Notes: a model not told the origin generated them from the letters alone. A stretch of 46,261 nt of DNA from Thermoplasmata archaeon (GCA_030039715.1 JASHVA010000033.1:1-46261); one strand, 5' to 3'. Positions 9,765 to 19,527 are shown, counted from the stretch's first letter. Numbers and translations: made by a program.

Positions 9765-10096
9765 CCGTCGAAGAGACGCTCGCCCACCTCGTGGACCGGT
9801 TCAACCGGAAGGCCGAGGCGACCCCCGCGATGAAGGAGGAACTCCAGGGACTCGCCCGCACGATCCGGATCCGGCTGACGGACGGGGCGAGCTACGCGGT
9901 CGACCTCAAGGAGGGCCGGCTGACCAACCTGAGGACCGCTCCGAACGGGAGCGCCGACGTGACGATCACGACGGACGTCGCGACGTTCCACGGGCTCGTG
10001 AAGAAGGAGATCGGGCCGATGAAGGCGCTCGTGACGCGCAAGCTCGCGATCGAGGGGAGCCTCGAGGATAAGCTCCTCTTCCGCAAGCTGCTCTAG
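9761..10096 (+). CDS. SCP2 sterol/lipid-binding domain protein
   Basis: ADVTIT...GPMKALVTRKLAIEG pattern; ATGA-coupled to rnhB. Confidence 0.82.
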   Translation: MTVEETLAHLVDRFNRKAEATPAMKEELQGLARTIRIRLTDGASYAVDLKEGRLTNLRTAPNGSADVTITTDVATFHGLVKKEIGPMKALVTRKLAIEGSLEDKLLFRKLL

Positions 10097-10105
10097 GCGG
10101 CCCCG

Positions 10106-10606
10106 TCACGGGAGAAAGACGCACGAGGCGACGCAGACCCCGTAGTGGTCCATCGGGATCGAGAGCTCCTCGGTGCGGTACTGGATCCGGCGCAGCTCGA
10201 CGCCGCGGAAGTGCGCGATCTCCTGCATCCGCCACCGCAGGAACTCCTTGAGGGACTTCTGCGTCCCGTGGAGGTGCGCCTCGGCGACGTAGCCGCCCTG
10301 GCCGTCGGTCCGGAACCCGTAGGCGATCCCCGCGCTGATCACCTCGCCCTCTCCCCCCGCGTACCGGGCGAGGACGGCGTGCGTGATCGCGCCGCGGGCG
10401 ATCGGCACGCGGTCGACCTGGCGGATCCCGATCGGGAGGACGGAGGAGACGCTGACGAGGTTGCAGTCGCCGATTCCCGCCTGCAGGAGCGCGAGGTCGA
10501 ACGCGTTGAGTTCGCTCGTCTTGTTGATCCCCTTGCCGCTCGTGACGAAGAATCGGGTCGGGACGGGCACGAGCGTCGAGGCCCCGGCGGAGGTGCGGGC
10601 GGGCAC
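10106..10606 (-). CDS. pdaD: Pyruvoyl-dependent arginine decarboxylase
   Basis: FFVTSGKG and LNAFDLAL..AGI...NLVSVSSVLP (Ser-Ser autocleavage site). Confidence 0.9.
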   Translation of the reverse strand: MPARTSAGASTLVPVPTRFFVTSGKGINKTSELNAFDLALLQAGIGDCNLVSVSSVLPIGIRQVDRVPIARGAITHAVLARYAGGEGEVISAGIAYGFRTDGQGGYVAEAHLHGTQKSLKEFLRWRMQEIAHFRGVELRRIQYRTEELSIPMDHYGVCVASCVFLP

Positions 10607-10652
10607 GGAGTCGCCGAAGGTCCGTCGGGCTTAACCTTTCGCGGCGCGACGG

Positions 10653-11222
10653 CTAGACCATGATCGCGTGGCGGCGGCGCATCGACTCCTCGGTCTCGCC
10701 GCGGGCCTTCAGGAGCTCCGCGATGAGCGCGTCGGTGAGCCGGAGGCTCGCCGACTCGAAGAGCGTGCCGAGCGGCGCGAGGCGGGGGCGTTCCGCATCT
10801 TCGGGAAGGTCGAGCGTGAGGAGGGCGGTCGCGATGTGGGCGAGCTTCGAGGAGGCTCTCGCCGTGCAGACGATCAGCTCCGCCCCCTCCCGTCGGACGA
10901 TGTTCGCGGTCTGGATCGACGAGGAGCTCTCCCCGCGACCCGACAGGATGAACACCGCGTCCCCCCGCCGCACGATCGGCGTGACGCTCTCGCCGATCAC
11001 GTAGGCCGAGAGCCCGATCTGCACGAGGCGCATCGCGAAGGCGCGCCCGATGATGCCGCTGCGGCCGGCCCCGTAGACGAACGTCGCCGGGGCCCGGGCC
11101 AGTATCCGGACCGCGGTCGCGACCGCCGCCGGCTCGAGGCGGTCGAGCGCCTCGGTCACCCGCTCGGCGATGTACCGTTGGGCCCGGCGAAAGGTCGCGG
11201 CCTCAGCGTCGGCGTCCGCCAC
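10653..11222 (-). CDS. hxlB: SIS-domain 3-hexulose-6-phosphate isomerase-like protein
   Basis: GAGRSG, FAMRL, SGRGES, APLGTLFE and C-terminal RHA motifs. Confidence 0.85.
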   Translation of the reverse strand: MADADAEAATFRRAQRYIAERVTEALDRLEPAAVATAVRILARAPATFVYGAGRSGIIGRAFAMRLVQIGLSAYVIGESVTPIVRRGDAVFILSGRGESSSSIQTANIVRREGAELIVCTARASSKLAHIATALLTLDLPEDAERPRLAPLGTLFESASLRLTDALIAELLKARGETEESMRRRHAIMV

Positions 11223-12402
11223 GGCGGACCTCCTTCGAACGCCGGACCGGCCGGGACGGCTTCGCGCGGGACGGTCTCGCGCTCGGGCGTCGAGCCGGCT
11301 TCGGCTTCGGCTTCGGCTTGGGCCTCTCCGTCGCCTTCGGCTTCTCGGCGGGCGCGGGCGCCGGCTTCTTCGCGGGGGGCGGCGGCGGCGCGTGCTGCTT
11401 CGTCCACCGCCGGGTGAGCGCGCGTTCGTAGAGGAGCTTCATGTACATCGCGTCGTGCTCGAGGAGGGGCGAGCTCGAGATCACCGTCACGTCGTAGTCG
11501 CGCTCCGCGAGGAGCTCGGCGAGCGGGTCGAAGCGGACGAGCCCCCGCTTGATCGGCGTCAGGCGGAATTCCCCCGAGCCGTAGAACTCGACGCCGGAGA
11601 AGTTGAGGTAGAGCGGGCCGTCGGTCGCCGCGACGAACTCCTTCAGGATCGGCTCGAGCTGCTCGGGCTCGTCGAACGAGCGGCGCTCGCGCGCCGCGAG
11701 GTGGGGGAGGTTGAGCACCGGGACCGTGCCCTTCACCCGGTGGACGAGGTCGAGGACCTCCTCCCGCGAGCCGAAGACGTCGGGGTGGCCGCTCGGCTCG
11801 ATCGCGAGCCGGACGGCGCCGCGGGAGAACTGCTTCAGCCAGGAGGCGAGGTCGGTGACGATCTCGGTGAGCTCCTGGATCGAGTCGGCCCGCTCGCCGC
11901 CGCCGTAGAAGCCGAGGTGCGTCACCGCGAGCCGGGCGCCGAGCCCCTGGGCGAGGACGCCGGCCCACTGGATCTGGCGCGTCGACTGCTCGCGCGCGTC
12001 GCTCGAGCCGAAGAAGTCGACGTAGTACGGCGCGTGGAGCGTGAGGTCGGTGTCGAGCGCCCGCGCGAGCGCCTTCGTCTGCTGGAGGTCCGCGTAGTCC
12101 TTCGCGAGGCTCCAGGTGAGCGTGGTCAGCGAGTCCCGCTTCTTGATCGGTCCGGTCAGGGCGCCGAGCGACGGGACCCCTCCCTGGTGCTCCGCGCTCC
12201 CGACGTTCATCACGAGCTGCTGCGCGAGCTCGCGCGGGACCTTCCCGACCTCCTCGTCGAGCGCGAGCCGCGTGAGCGGATTCACCTTGATGAACTGGAC
12301 CTCCATCGCGGTGAGGCCGAGATGATGCACGTCGGCGATCCCGTCCCGGAGCGTGCGCCCCTTGCACGAGAGAGGGATCCCCGCAGGTCCGAAACGGATC
12401 AC
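11203..12402 (-). CDS. Endonuclease IV-like TIM-barrel protein with degenerate metal site and basic K/P/R tail
   Basis: MIRFGPAGIP, LHAPYY, FSGVE and SPLLE.DA match the archaeal Nfo family. Confidence 0.8.
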   Translation of the reverse strand: MIRFGPAGIPLSCKGRTLRDGIADVHHLGLTAMEVQFIKVNPLTRLALDEEVGKVPRELAQQLVMNVGSAEHQGGVPSLGALTGPIKKRDSLTTLTWSLAKDYADLQQTKALARALDTDLTLHAPYYVDFFGSSDAREQSTRQIQWAGVLAQGLGARLAVTHLGFYGGGERADSIQELTEIVTDLASWLKQFSRGAVRLAIEPSGHPDVFGSREEVLDLVHRVKGTVPVLNLPHLAARERRSFDEPEQLEPILKEFVAATDGPLYLNFSGVEFYGSGEFRLTPIKRGLVRFDPLAELLAERDYDVTVISSSPLLEHDAMYMKLLYERALTRRWTKQHAPPPPPAKKPAPAPAEKPKATERPKPKPKPKPARRPSARPSRAKPSRPVRRSKEVRRGGRRR

Positions 12403-12448
12403 GAGTAACCAGACCTCAAAAACGACGGACCCGCGGGAAGGTGCGAAC

Positions 12449-13093
12449 CTATATAGCGGGAGCCCGGGGCGCGGCCGGGACCGATCCCGGTCCCTCCCGC
12501 GCGGGCCGAAAGCCGCGCGCCACGAGGTACAGTTCGGAGGACGGTTCCCGGGACGCCGGCGGCTTCGTGCGCCGGACGTCGGAGAAGTCGCCGCGGAGCT
12601 CCGCCTCGAGCGACGGGACGAGGTCGCCGTCGAACACCTTCGCGACGAACGATCCTCCCGGGAGGAGGACCGTCCGGGCGAGCCGGAGCGCGGCGCGGAC
12701 GAGGTCGACGGACCGGGCGTGGTCGGTGGCGTAGGCGCCGCTGATCCGCGGCGACATGTCGGAGAGCACCACGTCGAAGCGCGTTCCCCCGAGGCGGGCC
12801 GCGAGCCGTTCGTCCCCGACCCGGCCGCGCACGACCTCGACGCCGTCGATCGGCTCGATCGCCCGGGGGTCGACGGCGACCACGCGTCCCCGCGACCCGA
12901 CGCGGTCGGCCGCGACCAGGGACCAGCCGCCCGGCGCCGCCCCGAGGTCGAGCGCCCGGGCGCCCGGCCGCAGGATCCGGAACCGGTCGTCCACGTAGGC
13001 GAGCTTGAACGCCGCCCGGGAGCGCAGTCCCTCGCGCTGGGCCGCGCGGTAGTACGGGTCCCGTCGCCGTTCCGCGACGAAGCGGCGAGGCAT
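12449..13093 (-). CDS. rlmE: 23S rRNA 2'-O-methyltransferase RlmE/FtsJ
   Basis: RSRAAFKL, DLGAAPGGW, SDMSP, KVF and SR..SSELY motifs; ATG at 13093. Confidence 0.95.
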   Translation of the reverse strand: MPRRFVAERRRDPYYRAAQREGLRSRAAFKLAYVDDRFRILRPGARALDLGAAPGGWSLVAADRVGSRGRVVAVDPRAIEPIDGVEVVRGRVGDERLAARLGGTRFDVVLSDMSPRISGAYATDHARSVDLVRAALRLARTVLLPGGSFVAKVFDGDLVPSLEAELRGDFSDVRRTKPPASREPSSELYLVARGFRPAREGPGSVPAAPRAPAI

Positions 13094-13151
13094 CGCGGCC
13101 GGCGGGAGCCGACCCGGCTTTATGACGGGACCGCCCGGGCCGGGCGGCGGA

Positions 13152-13226
13152 TGGGGCCGTCCGAATTTGAATCGGAGTCTCTTGCACCCCAAGCAAGAAG
13201 GATGGTCCAAGCTACCCCACGGCCCC
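13152..13226 (-). tRNA. tRNA-Pro(GGG)
   Basis: GGGGCCG acceptor stem, anticodon arm CTTGC-TTGGGGT-GCAAG, T-loop TTCAAAT; no intron and CCA not encoded. Confidence 0.93.
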
Positions 13227-13287
13227 ACGCCGCGCGGCGGCGCGCCGACCCGGACCGTTTAGATAATGGTTTCCGGCCCGCGGGGCG

Positions 13288-13473
13288 TCAGTGGTGGACG
13301 TAGAACCAGGCGCCCATCCCGAAGGCGACGATGATCGCGATGCTCGCGACCGTCACCCAGAAGAAGACCCAGAGCTCGTGGGCCCCCTCCTCGGGGGTCA
13401 CGTGGGCCGGCGCGGTCGACGTGCCGGGCGTCGGCGTGTAGGGGGTGCGGTACGGTTCTCCGCCCTCGGTCAC
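13288..13473 (-). CDS. Small single-pass membrane protein (61 aa)
   Basis: One C-terminal TM helix ending YVHH; TTAAG box upstream. Confidence 0.6.
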   Translation of the reverse strand: MTEGGEPYRTPYTPTPGTSTAPAHVTPEEGAHELWVFFWVTVASIAIIVAFGMGAWFYVHH

Positions 13474-13529
13474 GGCGACCCGACCGAAAGCAGTCGGGCG
13501 CGATTCTTAACGGCTCGGTTCGTGCGGGT

Positions 13530-14246
13530 CTATCCGGCGAACCACGGGAGTCGCGCCGCGGGGCCGGTCGGCTTCAGCACGAGGAGATGCAGGTTCGCCC
13601 CCGGGTCGCCGGGCGCATAGGCGTCGCGCTGGGCGAGCTGGTAGAGGAGGTAGAGCGCGTCCTCGTCGGAGTGGACGCCGAGCGAGCGCTGCACGTCGAT
13701 CCCGAAGCGCTGGCGCAGGAGCGCGAGCATCTCCTCGAAGTCGATCGGCCCGGACTCCTCGCCGCCCTGGGCCCGGCGGAAGAGGCCGACCACGATGCCG
13801 GTGGCGACGCGGAGGATCTCCCTCGGCTCGGCGACGCGGAGCCGGAAGTGGGCCGCGTTCGCCGCCGCGCGGTCCGCGGGCGGCACGACCAGCACGGCAA
13901 CCTCGCTCTCGACGGCCTCGGCTCCGGTGCGCGAAAGGCGCGCCCAGGTCTCGTCCGCGGCGCCGTCGTTCGCGACCACGAAGATCGCGCGGTGCGGCGG
14001 CGAGCGGTCCGTTCGGACCCCGGCCGCCCAGCGGTCGACCCCTTCGTCGACGGTCCCGGACGCCGCACCGTAGACGAAGACCGGGAACGTGCGGCGGGGC
14101 ACCCCGGCCTCCTGCACCCAGAACGACGGGGCCGTCTCCGACTCGCGACGGGCCGGCGGCACGCGGGCGAATCCCAGCTTCTTCAGCACGGTCTCGGCGC
14201 TGCGCAGTCGGTCGGCGGCGCCTCCGACCCGGTCGGAGTCCGACAT
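13530..14246 (-). CDS. Hypothetical protein
   Basis: Globular-looking ORF with typical codon bias; CTTATC box about 25 nt upstream. Alternative start GTG 14255. Confidence 0.7.
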   Translation of the reverse strand: MSDSDRVGGAADRLRSAETVLKKLGFARVPPARRESETAPSFWVQEAGVPRRTFPVFVYGAASGTVDEGVDRWAAGVRTDRSPPHRAIFVVANDGAADETWARLSRTGAEAVESEVAVLVVPPADRAAANAAHFRLRVAEPREILRVATGIVVGLFRRAQGGEESGPIDFEEMLALLRQRFGIDVQRSLGVHSDEDALYLLYQLAQRDAYAPGDPGANLHLLVLKPTGPAARLPWFAG

Positions 14247-14303
14247 CCGCTCCACTAGTACGGGCGCCCGAGATAAGCTCGACGTGCGAGTGGCGCGGGG
14301 TAA

Positions 14304-15230
14304 CTAGAGTCCGGCAGGGAAACCGACGCGGAGGAGCGGGGCGTTCGCCACGATCGCGAGGACGACCGCGAGGAGGTACGGCCCCGAGTAGATGAACCCG
14401 CGACGCGCGACCGGTCGCGTGACCTCTCGCCAGAGCGGCAGCGTGAGCGCGACGAACAGGACGCCGAGGACGAGGAGGAGGACGAGGATCGGCCAGGCGA
14501 GGACCCCCGTGAGCCCGATGAGCAGGGTCGCGGGGACGAGGAGCGCGGCCGAGACGACGACCACCTTCCCCGAGAACGCCACGTCGTCCATCCGCGGCAG
14601 CATCGGGAGCCCGACCCGGGCGTAGTCGTCCTTGAGGAGGAGCGCGAGGCTCCAGAAGTGCGGCGGCGTCCACAGGAAGACGAGCACCGCGAAGGCGATC
14701 ACCCCGGGAGTCCAGGCGCCGACCGCCGCGGCGCTCCCGGCGAGGGCGGGCGCGCTGCCCGCGAATCCTCCGATGACGATGTTCCAGCTCGACCGGCGCT
14801 TCAGGAGCGCGGTATAGACGACGACGTAGGTCAGTCCCCCGAGGAAGATAGAGAATCCGGTGAGCGGATTCAGGAGCCAGCTCGCGAAGCCGACGCCCGC
14901 GCCGAGGAAGGCGAGCCCGAGGACGGCGACGGCGCCGCTCGGAGCGATCCGCTCGTCGGGGAGTGGCCGCGAGCGCGTCCGCTTCATCCGGGCGTCGACG
15001 TCCCGGTCGAGGTAGTGGTTCAGCATCGCCGCGCCGGCGGAGGCGGCCGCCCCGGTGACGAGCAGGACGCCGAGCCGGAGCCAGTCGATCGGCTGGGGCG
15101 TCGCGAGCAGGAAGCCGCCGAGGGCGACGGTGCAGATCAGCGCGGTGATGCCGGGCTTCGCGAGCGCGAGGAAGTCGCGCGCCCGGCTCGGAGGGCGGGT
15201 CGATGCGGCCGTCGCGGGAGGGGAGGCCAT
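14304..15230 (-). CDS. cyoE: Protoheme IX farnesyltransferase (heme o synthase)
   Basis: LAKP, N...DRDVDARMKRT..RP, YT..LKR and WTPPHFW.L...DY motifs; ATG at 15230. Confidence 0.95.
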   Translation of the reverse strand: MASPPATAASTRPPSRARDFLALAKPGITALICTVALGGFLLATPQPIDWLRLGVLLVTGAAASAGAAMLNHYLDRDVDARMKRTRSRPLPDERIAPSGAVAVLGLAFLGAGVGFASWLLNPLTGFSIFLGGLTYVVVYTALLKRRSSWNIVIGGFAGSAPALAGSAAAVGAWTPGVIAFAVLVFLWTPPHFWSLALLLKDDYARVGLPMLPRMDDVAFSGKVVVVSAALLVPATLLIGLTGVLAWPILVLLLVLGVLFVALTLPLWREVTRPVARRGFIYSGPYLLAVVLAIVANAPLLRVGFPAGL

Positions 15231-15259
15231 CGCTCGACGCCGGCCCTCGGGCGCGACGC

Positions 15260-15841
15260 TCAGCCCTCCCGGGGGGTGACGCCGGCGACGGGGCGGTCGA
15301 CGCTCCGATCCCGGGCGGTGGGGCGCGGCGCGGCCGCCGACGGGGCCGGACGGTCCTCCTCCGAGGCGCGGCGGGCCCACTCGATCCATCGGCGCGGCAT
15401 CTCTTTCAGGTTCGCGAGGACGGTCAGGATGAGCAGCACCCCGAAGAGCACGGTCGCGATCGCGAGATGCACGAGGACGACGCCCGCGAGGAGCGACGTC
15501 TCGATGACGAGCCCGCCGAGCAGCGCTTCCGTGACGACGAGGGCCAGCGCCCCGAGTGCGAGCTTGAGCAGCGCCTTGCGGCTCCGTTCGAACGCCACGC
15601 CGAGGAGCGTCAGCACGAGCACGCTCATCGAGAGGAAGAACGCGGAGACGCGGTGACTCCACTCGATCGCCGCCCCGCCCGTGAACGCGGGGAGGAGGTT
15701 GCCGTTCCCGTAGCAGGTCGGCCAGTCGGGGCAGGCGAGGCCGTTGTCGGTCGTGATCACGTTCCCGCCGAGGATGATCGTCATGTAGCAGAGGACGAGC
15801 GCGACGACGGCGGCGATGCGGAAGAAATCGTGGCCGCGCAT
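15260..15841 (-). CDS. ctaA: Heme A synthase, short 4-TM form
   Basis: GLACPDWPTC, EWSHR and HL motifs. Confidence 0.88.
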   Translation of the reverse strand: MRGHDFFRIAAVVALVLCYMTIILGGNVITTDNGLACPDWPTCYGNGNLLPAFTGGAAIEWSHRVSAFFLSMSVLVLTLLGVAFERSRKALLKLALGALALVVTEALLGGLVIETSLLAGVVLVHLAIATVLFGVLLILTVLANLKEMPRRWIEWARRASEEDRPAPSAAAPRPTARDRSVDRPVAGVTPREG

Positions 15842-15848
15842 CGGGGTC

Positions 15849-17552
15849 CTAGGGGGTCTCCGCCACCGGCGCCGCGGTCGGGAGCGGCCCGGGGGCTGGA
15901 GCCCGCGAGGGGAGCGGCGCCGCCGTGGGGCCCCGCATCGTGCGCGGGAGCTCCTCGCCCCACGGGTCGGCGGACGTCACCGGGTCGCCGGCGTAGTAGC
16001 TGTAGATCATGTTGAACAGGAACACGAGCTGACCTATCCCGAGTATGTACGCACCGAGCGTCGAAAGGAAGTTCAGCGCCTGGAAGTTCCCGCTGTAGAG
16101 GTAGGTGTAGACCCTCCGGGGCATCCCCTCCGCTCCGAGGATGAACATCGGGAAGAGGAGGAGGTTGACCCCGACGTACGTGAGGAGGAAGTGGAGCTGT
16201 CCGAGGCTCTGGCTGTACCAGCGCTTCGTGATGATCGGGAACCAGAAGTAGATCCCGGCGAAGATGGCCATCAGCGTCCCGCCGAGCAGGATGTAGTGGA
16301 AGTGGGCGACGACGAAGTACGTCCCGTGGTAGAGGTAGTCGATCGGGATCGACGCGAGGAAGAGGCCGGAAAGTCCACCGATGACGAATCCGGTGATGAA
16401 GGCGAGGCAGAACCACATCGGCACCGCCATCCAGATGCGGCCGCCCCAGAGCGTCGCGACCCAGTTGAACACCTTCACCGCGGACGGGACGGCGACCGCG
16501 AAGGTCGCGAGCATGAAGACGAACCGCACGTCGGTCGAGATCCCCGTCACGAACATGTGGTGCTCCCAGACCGCGAACGAGAGCACGGCGAACGCGCCGA
16601 GGGCGATCGCCATCGCGCTGTAGCCGAAGATGTCCTTGCGGGCGAGCTTCGGGATGATCGTGGAGACGATGCCGAACGCCGGTAAGACCATGATGTAGAC
16701 CTCGGGATGCGCGAAGAACCAGAACAGGTTCTGGTACAGCAGCGCCCCACCGAGCGGCGTACCGTCGACCGCCGCGAGGATGTGGGTGCCGAAGTTCCGG
16801 TCCGAGAGGACGAAGGTGAGCGCGATCGACAGCGACGGGAGCGCGAAGATGAGGAGGACCGAGTTGATGAGGGTCGCCCAGACGAAGAGCGGCATGTTCC
16901 AGTAGTGGACGCCGGGGGCCCGGTGCTTGAGGATCGTGACGAGGAAGTTGATCGCGCCGAGCATCGAGGAGATCGTGAGGATGTGGAGCCCCAGGATCCA
17001 GAGGTCGACCCCGTACGGGTTCGGGCCGAACGACTCGAGGCTCAGGGGTACGTAGCCGGTCCAGCCGGCGTAGGCGTTCGACAGGATCAGGATCACGCCG
17101 GCCGGCGGGATCAGCCAGAAGGCGATCGCGTTGATGCGCGGGAGCGCCATCTCCTTCGAGCCGATCATCGACGGCACGAGGTAGTTGCCGAACCCGGCGA
17201 GGGTCGGCATGATGAACATGAAGATCATCAACACCCCGTGCATCGTGAACAGGGTCGAGTAGACGTCCGGCGTGATCCCGAGGGTCGTCTGGGGATCGAG
17301 GCCGAGTCCCTGCACCGTTCCGAGGTCGGTGCGGATCAGCGTCGCGTAGATCCCGCCGATGAAGAAGAACATGATCCCCGTGGCGATGTACATGAGGCCG
17401 ATCCGCTGGTGGTCGGTCGTGAAGAGCCACTTCTTGATCGCCGCGACGAGCCAGGGCCCGTGGTACTGCAGGACCCACAGCACGAACCCCGCGAACCCGG
17501 CGATGAGCGCGAGGATCGTCAGCGGCTCGATGAGGGCGGCGAACGTCGTCAT
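15849..17552 (-). CDS. coxA: Heme-copper oxidase subunit I, A1 type
   Basis: HGVLMIF, HPEVY, WEHHMF, HFH and GMPRR; K-channel Lys in VKVFNW. Confidence 0.96.
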   Translation of the reverse strand: MTTFAALIEPLTILALIAGFAGFVLWVLQYHGPWLVAAIKKWLFTTDHQRIGLMYIATGIMFFFIGGIYATLIRTDLGTVQGLGLDPQTTLGITPDVYSTLFTMHGVLMIFMFIMPTLAGFGNYLVPSMIGSKEMALPRINAIAFWLIPPAGVILILSNAYAGWTGYVPLSLESFGPNPYGVDLWILGLHILTISSMLGAINFLVTILKHRAPGVHYWNMPLFVWATLINSVLLIFALPSLSIALTFVLSDRNFGTHILAAVDGTPLGGALLYQNLFWFFAHPEVYIMVLPAFGIVSTIIPKLARKDIFGYSAMAIALGAFAVLSFAVWEHHMFVTGISTDVRFVFMLATFAVAVPSAVKVFNWVATLWGGRIWMAVPMWFCLAFITGFVIGGLSGLFLASIPIDYLYHGTYFVVAHFHYILLGGTLMAIFAGIYFWFPIITKRWYSQSLGQLHFLLTYVGVNLLLFPMFILGAEGMPRRVYTYLYSGNFQALNFLSTLGAYILGIGQLVFLFNMIYSYYAGDPVTSADPWGEELPRTMRGPTAAPLPSRAPAPGPLPTAAPVAETP

Positions 17553-17923
17553 GCGATGAGCCCCGCGACGATGTAGGCGCCCGCCGCGACCGCGGCGGCG
17601 AAGATCACGATCATCAGGAATCGGGCCTGGGCCCGCGCCGTCACGGGACCGGGCGGCGTCGGCTGGAACCGACGACCAAGGGGCCAGACGCGGTAGGTCC
17701 GGTCGACGAGGTGGACGACGAGCGCCGCCATGAGGAACATCAGGGCGACCGCGTAGCCGAACGACTGCTGGGCACCGGGGCTCGTGAGCGAGCCGAGCCG
17801 GATGCAGTAGACGATCAGCACCCCGATCCCGATCAGCATCAGGACCGTCACCGTGTCGTAGAGGTCGATCACGCGCCGACGGAGGCGCCGGTACTCGACG
17901 AGGGCGGCGTCCTCGCTACTCAA
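17549..17923 (-). CDS. Uncharacterised 3-TM membrane protein in the cytochrome b-coxA operon
   Basis: TTG 17923 overlaps the upstream TAG; three hydrophobic segments; ATGA-coupled to coxA. Confidence 0.7.
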   Translation of the reverse strand: MSSEDAALVEYRRLRRRVIDLYDTVTVLMLIGIGVLIVYCIRLGSLTSPGAQQSFGYAVALMFLMAALVVHLVDRTYRVWPLGRRFQPTPPGPVTARAQARFLMIVIFAAAVAAGAYIVAGLIA

Positions 17924-18179
17924 AGAGCTCGACCCTCCGGAACACGGCGCCGCGGTACCGGTCGACCCGGTAGAGGATGCCGGCCATGAACAGGAACGCG
18001 AGGGCGGCGACGACGCCCCCCACGAGGACCGCGACCGCGTCGAGGAGGTCGCCCGCGACGACGCCGAGGACCCCGTAGACGAACGTCGCGGCGCCGGCGG
18101 AGCCGAAGACGAGGAGCACGGCGAGGATCCCCCACAGGGTGCCGGTCTTCCAGACCGGGCGCTCGGGGTGCTCACTCAA
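17916..18179 (-). CDS. Uncharacterised 2-TM membrane protein
   Basis: GTG overlaps the cytochrome b stop; two TM helices and a YRVDRYRG tail. Confidence 0.72.
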   Translation of the reverse strand: MSEHPERPVWKTGTLWGILAVLLVFGSAGAATFVYGVLGVVAGDLLDAVAVLVGGVVAALAFLFMAGILYRVDRYRGAVFRRVELFE

Positions 18180-19518
18180 CGCCCTTCACCCCCACGGCGG
18201 GCTGGGGCCCGACGGCCACGGACGGGACCGGGTAGATCCCGCCGATCGAAGCTTCCTTCTCGGCGAGGCGTCGCAGGTAGTTCCGGCGGTAGCGCCAGTA
18301 GAAGAGCCCGGTGACGAGCAGGTTCACGGCAAAGACCGGACCGAGCGTGTAGGCGACCTGGACGAGGGGGATCTGCACGCCCGGCGTCTCGCCGCCCCAG
18401 ACCGTCATCAGGATGAAGAACCCGAGGAGGCTCGTCGCGAGCCAGATGAACAGCGGCCGGTCCCTCGGATGCGTCCGCTTCGACCGGTCGAGGAACGGCA
18501 GGAAGAGGACGTAGACGATCAGGACCGTCGTGATGCCGATCGCCAGGACCGGCGTCACGCCGACGAAGTCGACGAACTTGAACAGCCAGAGGAAGTACCA
18601 GTCGGGTTCGGTCACGACCCCGGCGGCGGCGAGGTTGCCGACGTACGTCGGGAGCGTCCACGGCCAGAGGGCCGCGATCCCGAGCAGGAGCCCGACGTAG
18701 AGCAGCCCCCACTTCGTGATGTACCAGAAGATGTGGGGCATGAACGGGACGCTCTGCTTGTCCTCCTTCTCGGTGAACCGGCGCCGCTGGAGAGGGTCGC
18801 TCGTCGCCTGCGGGGCGATCCCGTGCGACTCGAAGAGCGCGATGTGCGCGTAGAGGAGCGCTCCCAGCGCGAGCGGCAGGAGGAGCACGTGGGCGTCGAA
18901 CATCCGCGATAACAGCCCCTGGCTCGTCCCGTCGGCGAGGATCAGCGGACCGAGCAGGGGGCCGAAGGTCGGCAGGCGGAGGGCGAGCACGAGCCCGACG
19001 TTCGTCGCGTTGTAGGAGATCTGGGTGTAGGGGAGGAGGTAGCCCGTGAACCCCATCCCGAGGGTCACGATCAGGAGGAGCGTGCCGACCATCCAGGAGA
19101 ATTCGCGCGGCGCCTTGTAGACGCCGACGTAGTAGCCGCGGTAGAAGTGGACGAACATGAGAAAGATCATCGCGTAGGCGCCGTAGAGGTGGCTCGTGAG
19201 CAGGAGCTCGCCCATCGGCACCGAGTGGACGATGTAGTACGTCGAGCACCAGGCCGCGGGGGCGACCGACTGCGTCCCGATGGGTTGGCCGCAGGCCGTG
19301 AGCGTCGTGTTCGTGCTCGGCTGGTAGTACAAGAGGAGCAGCATGCCCGAGACGACCTGGTAGAGGAACGCGTTGACGACGAACGCCCCCGTCCAGTACG
19401 AGGGTTTGAACGTGAACTCGGGCTGCGGGCGGAGCGCCCACTTGCGCATCGAGGTCCGGTCCTCGACGAACCCCCAGATCTTGTTGAGGGTGCGATTGTA
19501 CCAGTTCGCGAACGACAA
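18172..19518 (-). CDS. petB: Cytochrome b (fused b6 + subunit IV type)
   Basis: Four heme-ligand His (SHLYG...VHFYRG and AHVLL...AHI), GFTGYLLP and PDWY. Confidence 0.93.
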   Translation of the reverse strand: MSFANWYNRTLNKIWGFVEDRTSMRKWALRPQPEFTFKPSYWTGAFVVNAFLYQVVSGMLLLLYYQPSTNTTLTACGQPIGTQSVAPAAWCSTYYIVHSVPMGELLLTSHLYGAYAMIFLMFVHFYRGYYVGVYKAPREFSWMVGTLLLIVTLGMGFTGYLLPYTQISYNATNVGLVLALRLPTFGPLLGPLILADGTSQGLLSRMFDAHVLLLPLALGALLYAHIALFESHGIAPQATSDPLQRRRFTEKEDKQSVPFMPHIFWYITKWGLLYVGLLLGIAALWPWTLPTYVGNLAAAGVVTEPDWYFLWLFKFVDFVGVTPVLAIGITTVLIVYVLFLPFLDRSKRTHPRDRPLFIWLATSLLGFFILMTVWGGETPGVQIPLVQVAYTLGPVFAVNLLVTGLFYWRYRRNYLRRLAEKEASIGGIYPVPSVAVGPQPAVGVKGVE

Positions 19519-19527
19519 CCGATCCTC

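Noticed and set aside
15260..15841. Short ctaA as a pseudogene
   Set aside because: Half-size heme A synthases are known in archaea (Aeropyrum pernix), and the motifs are intact.
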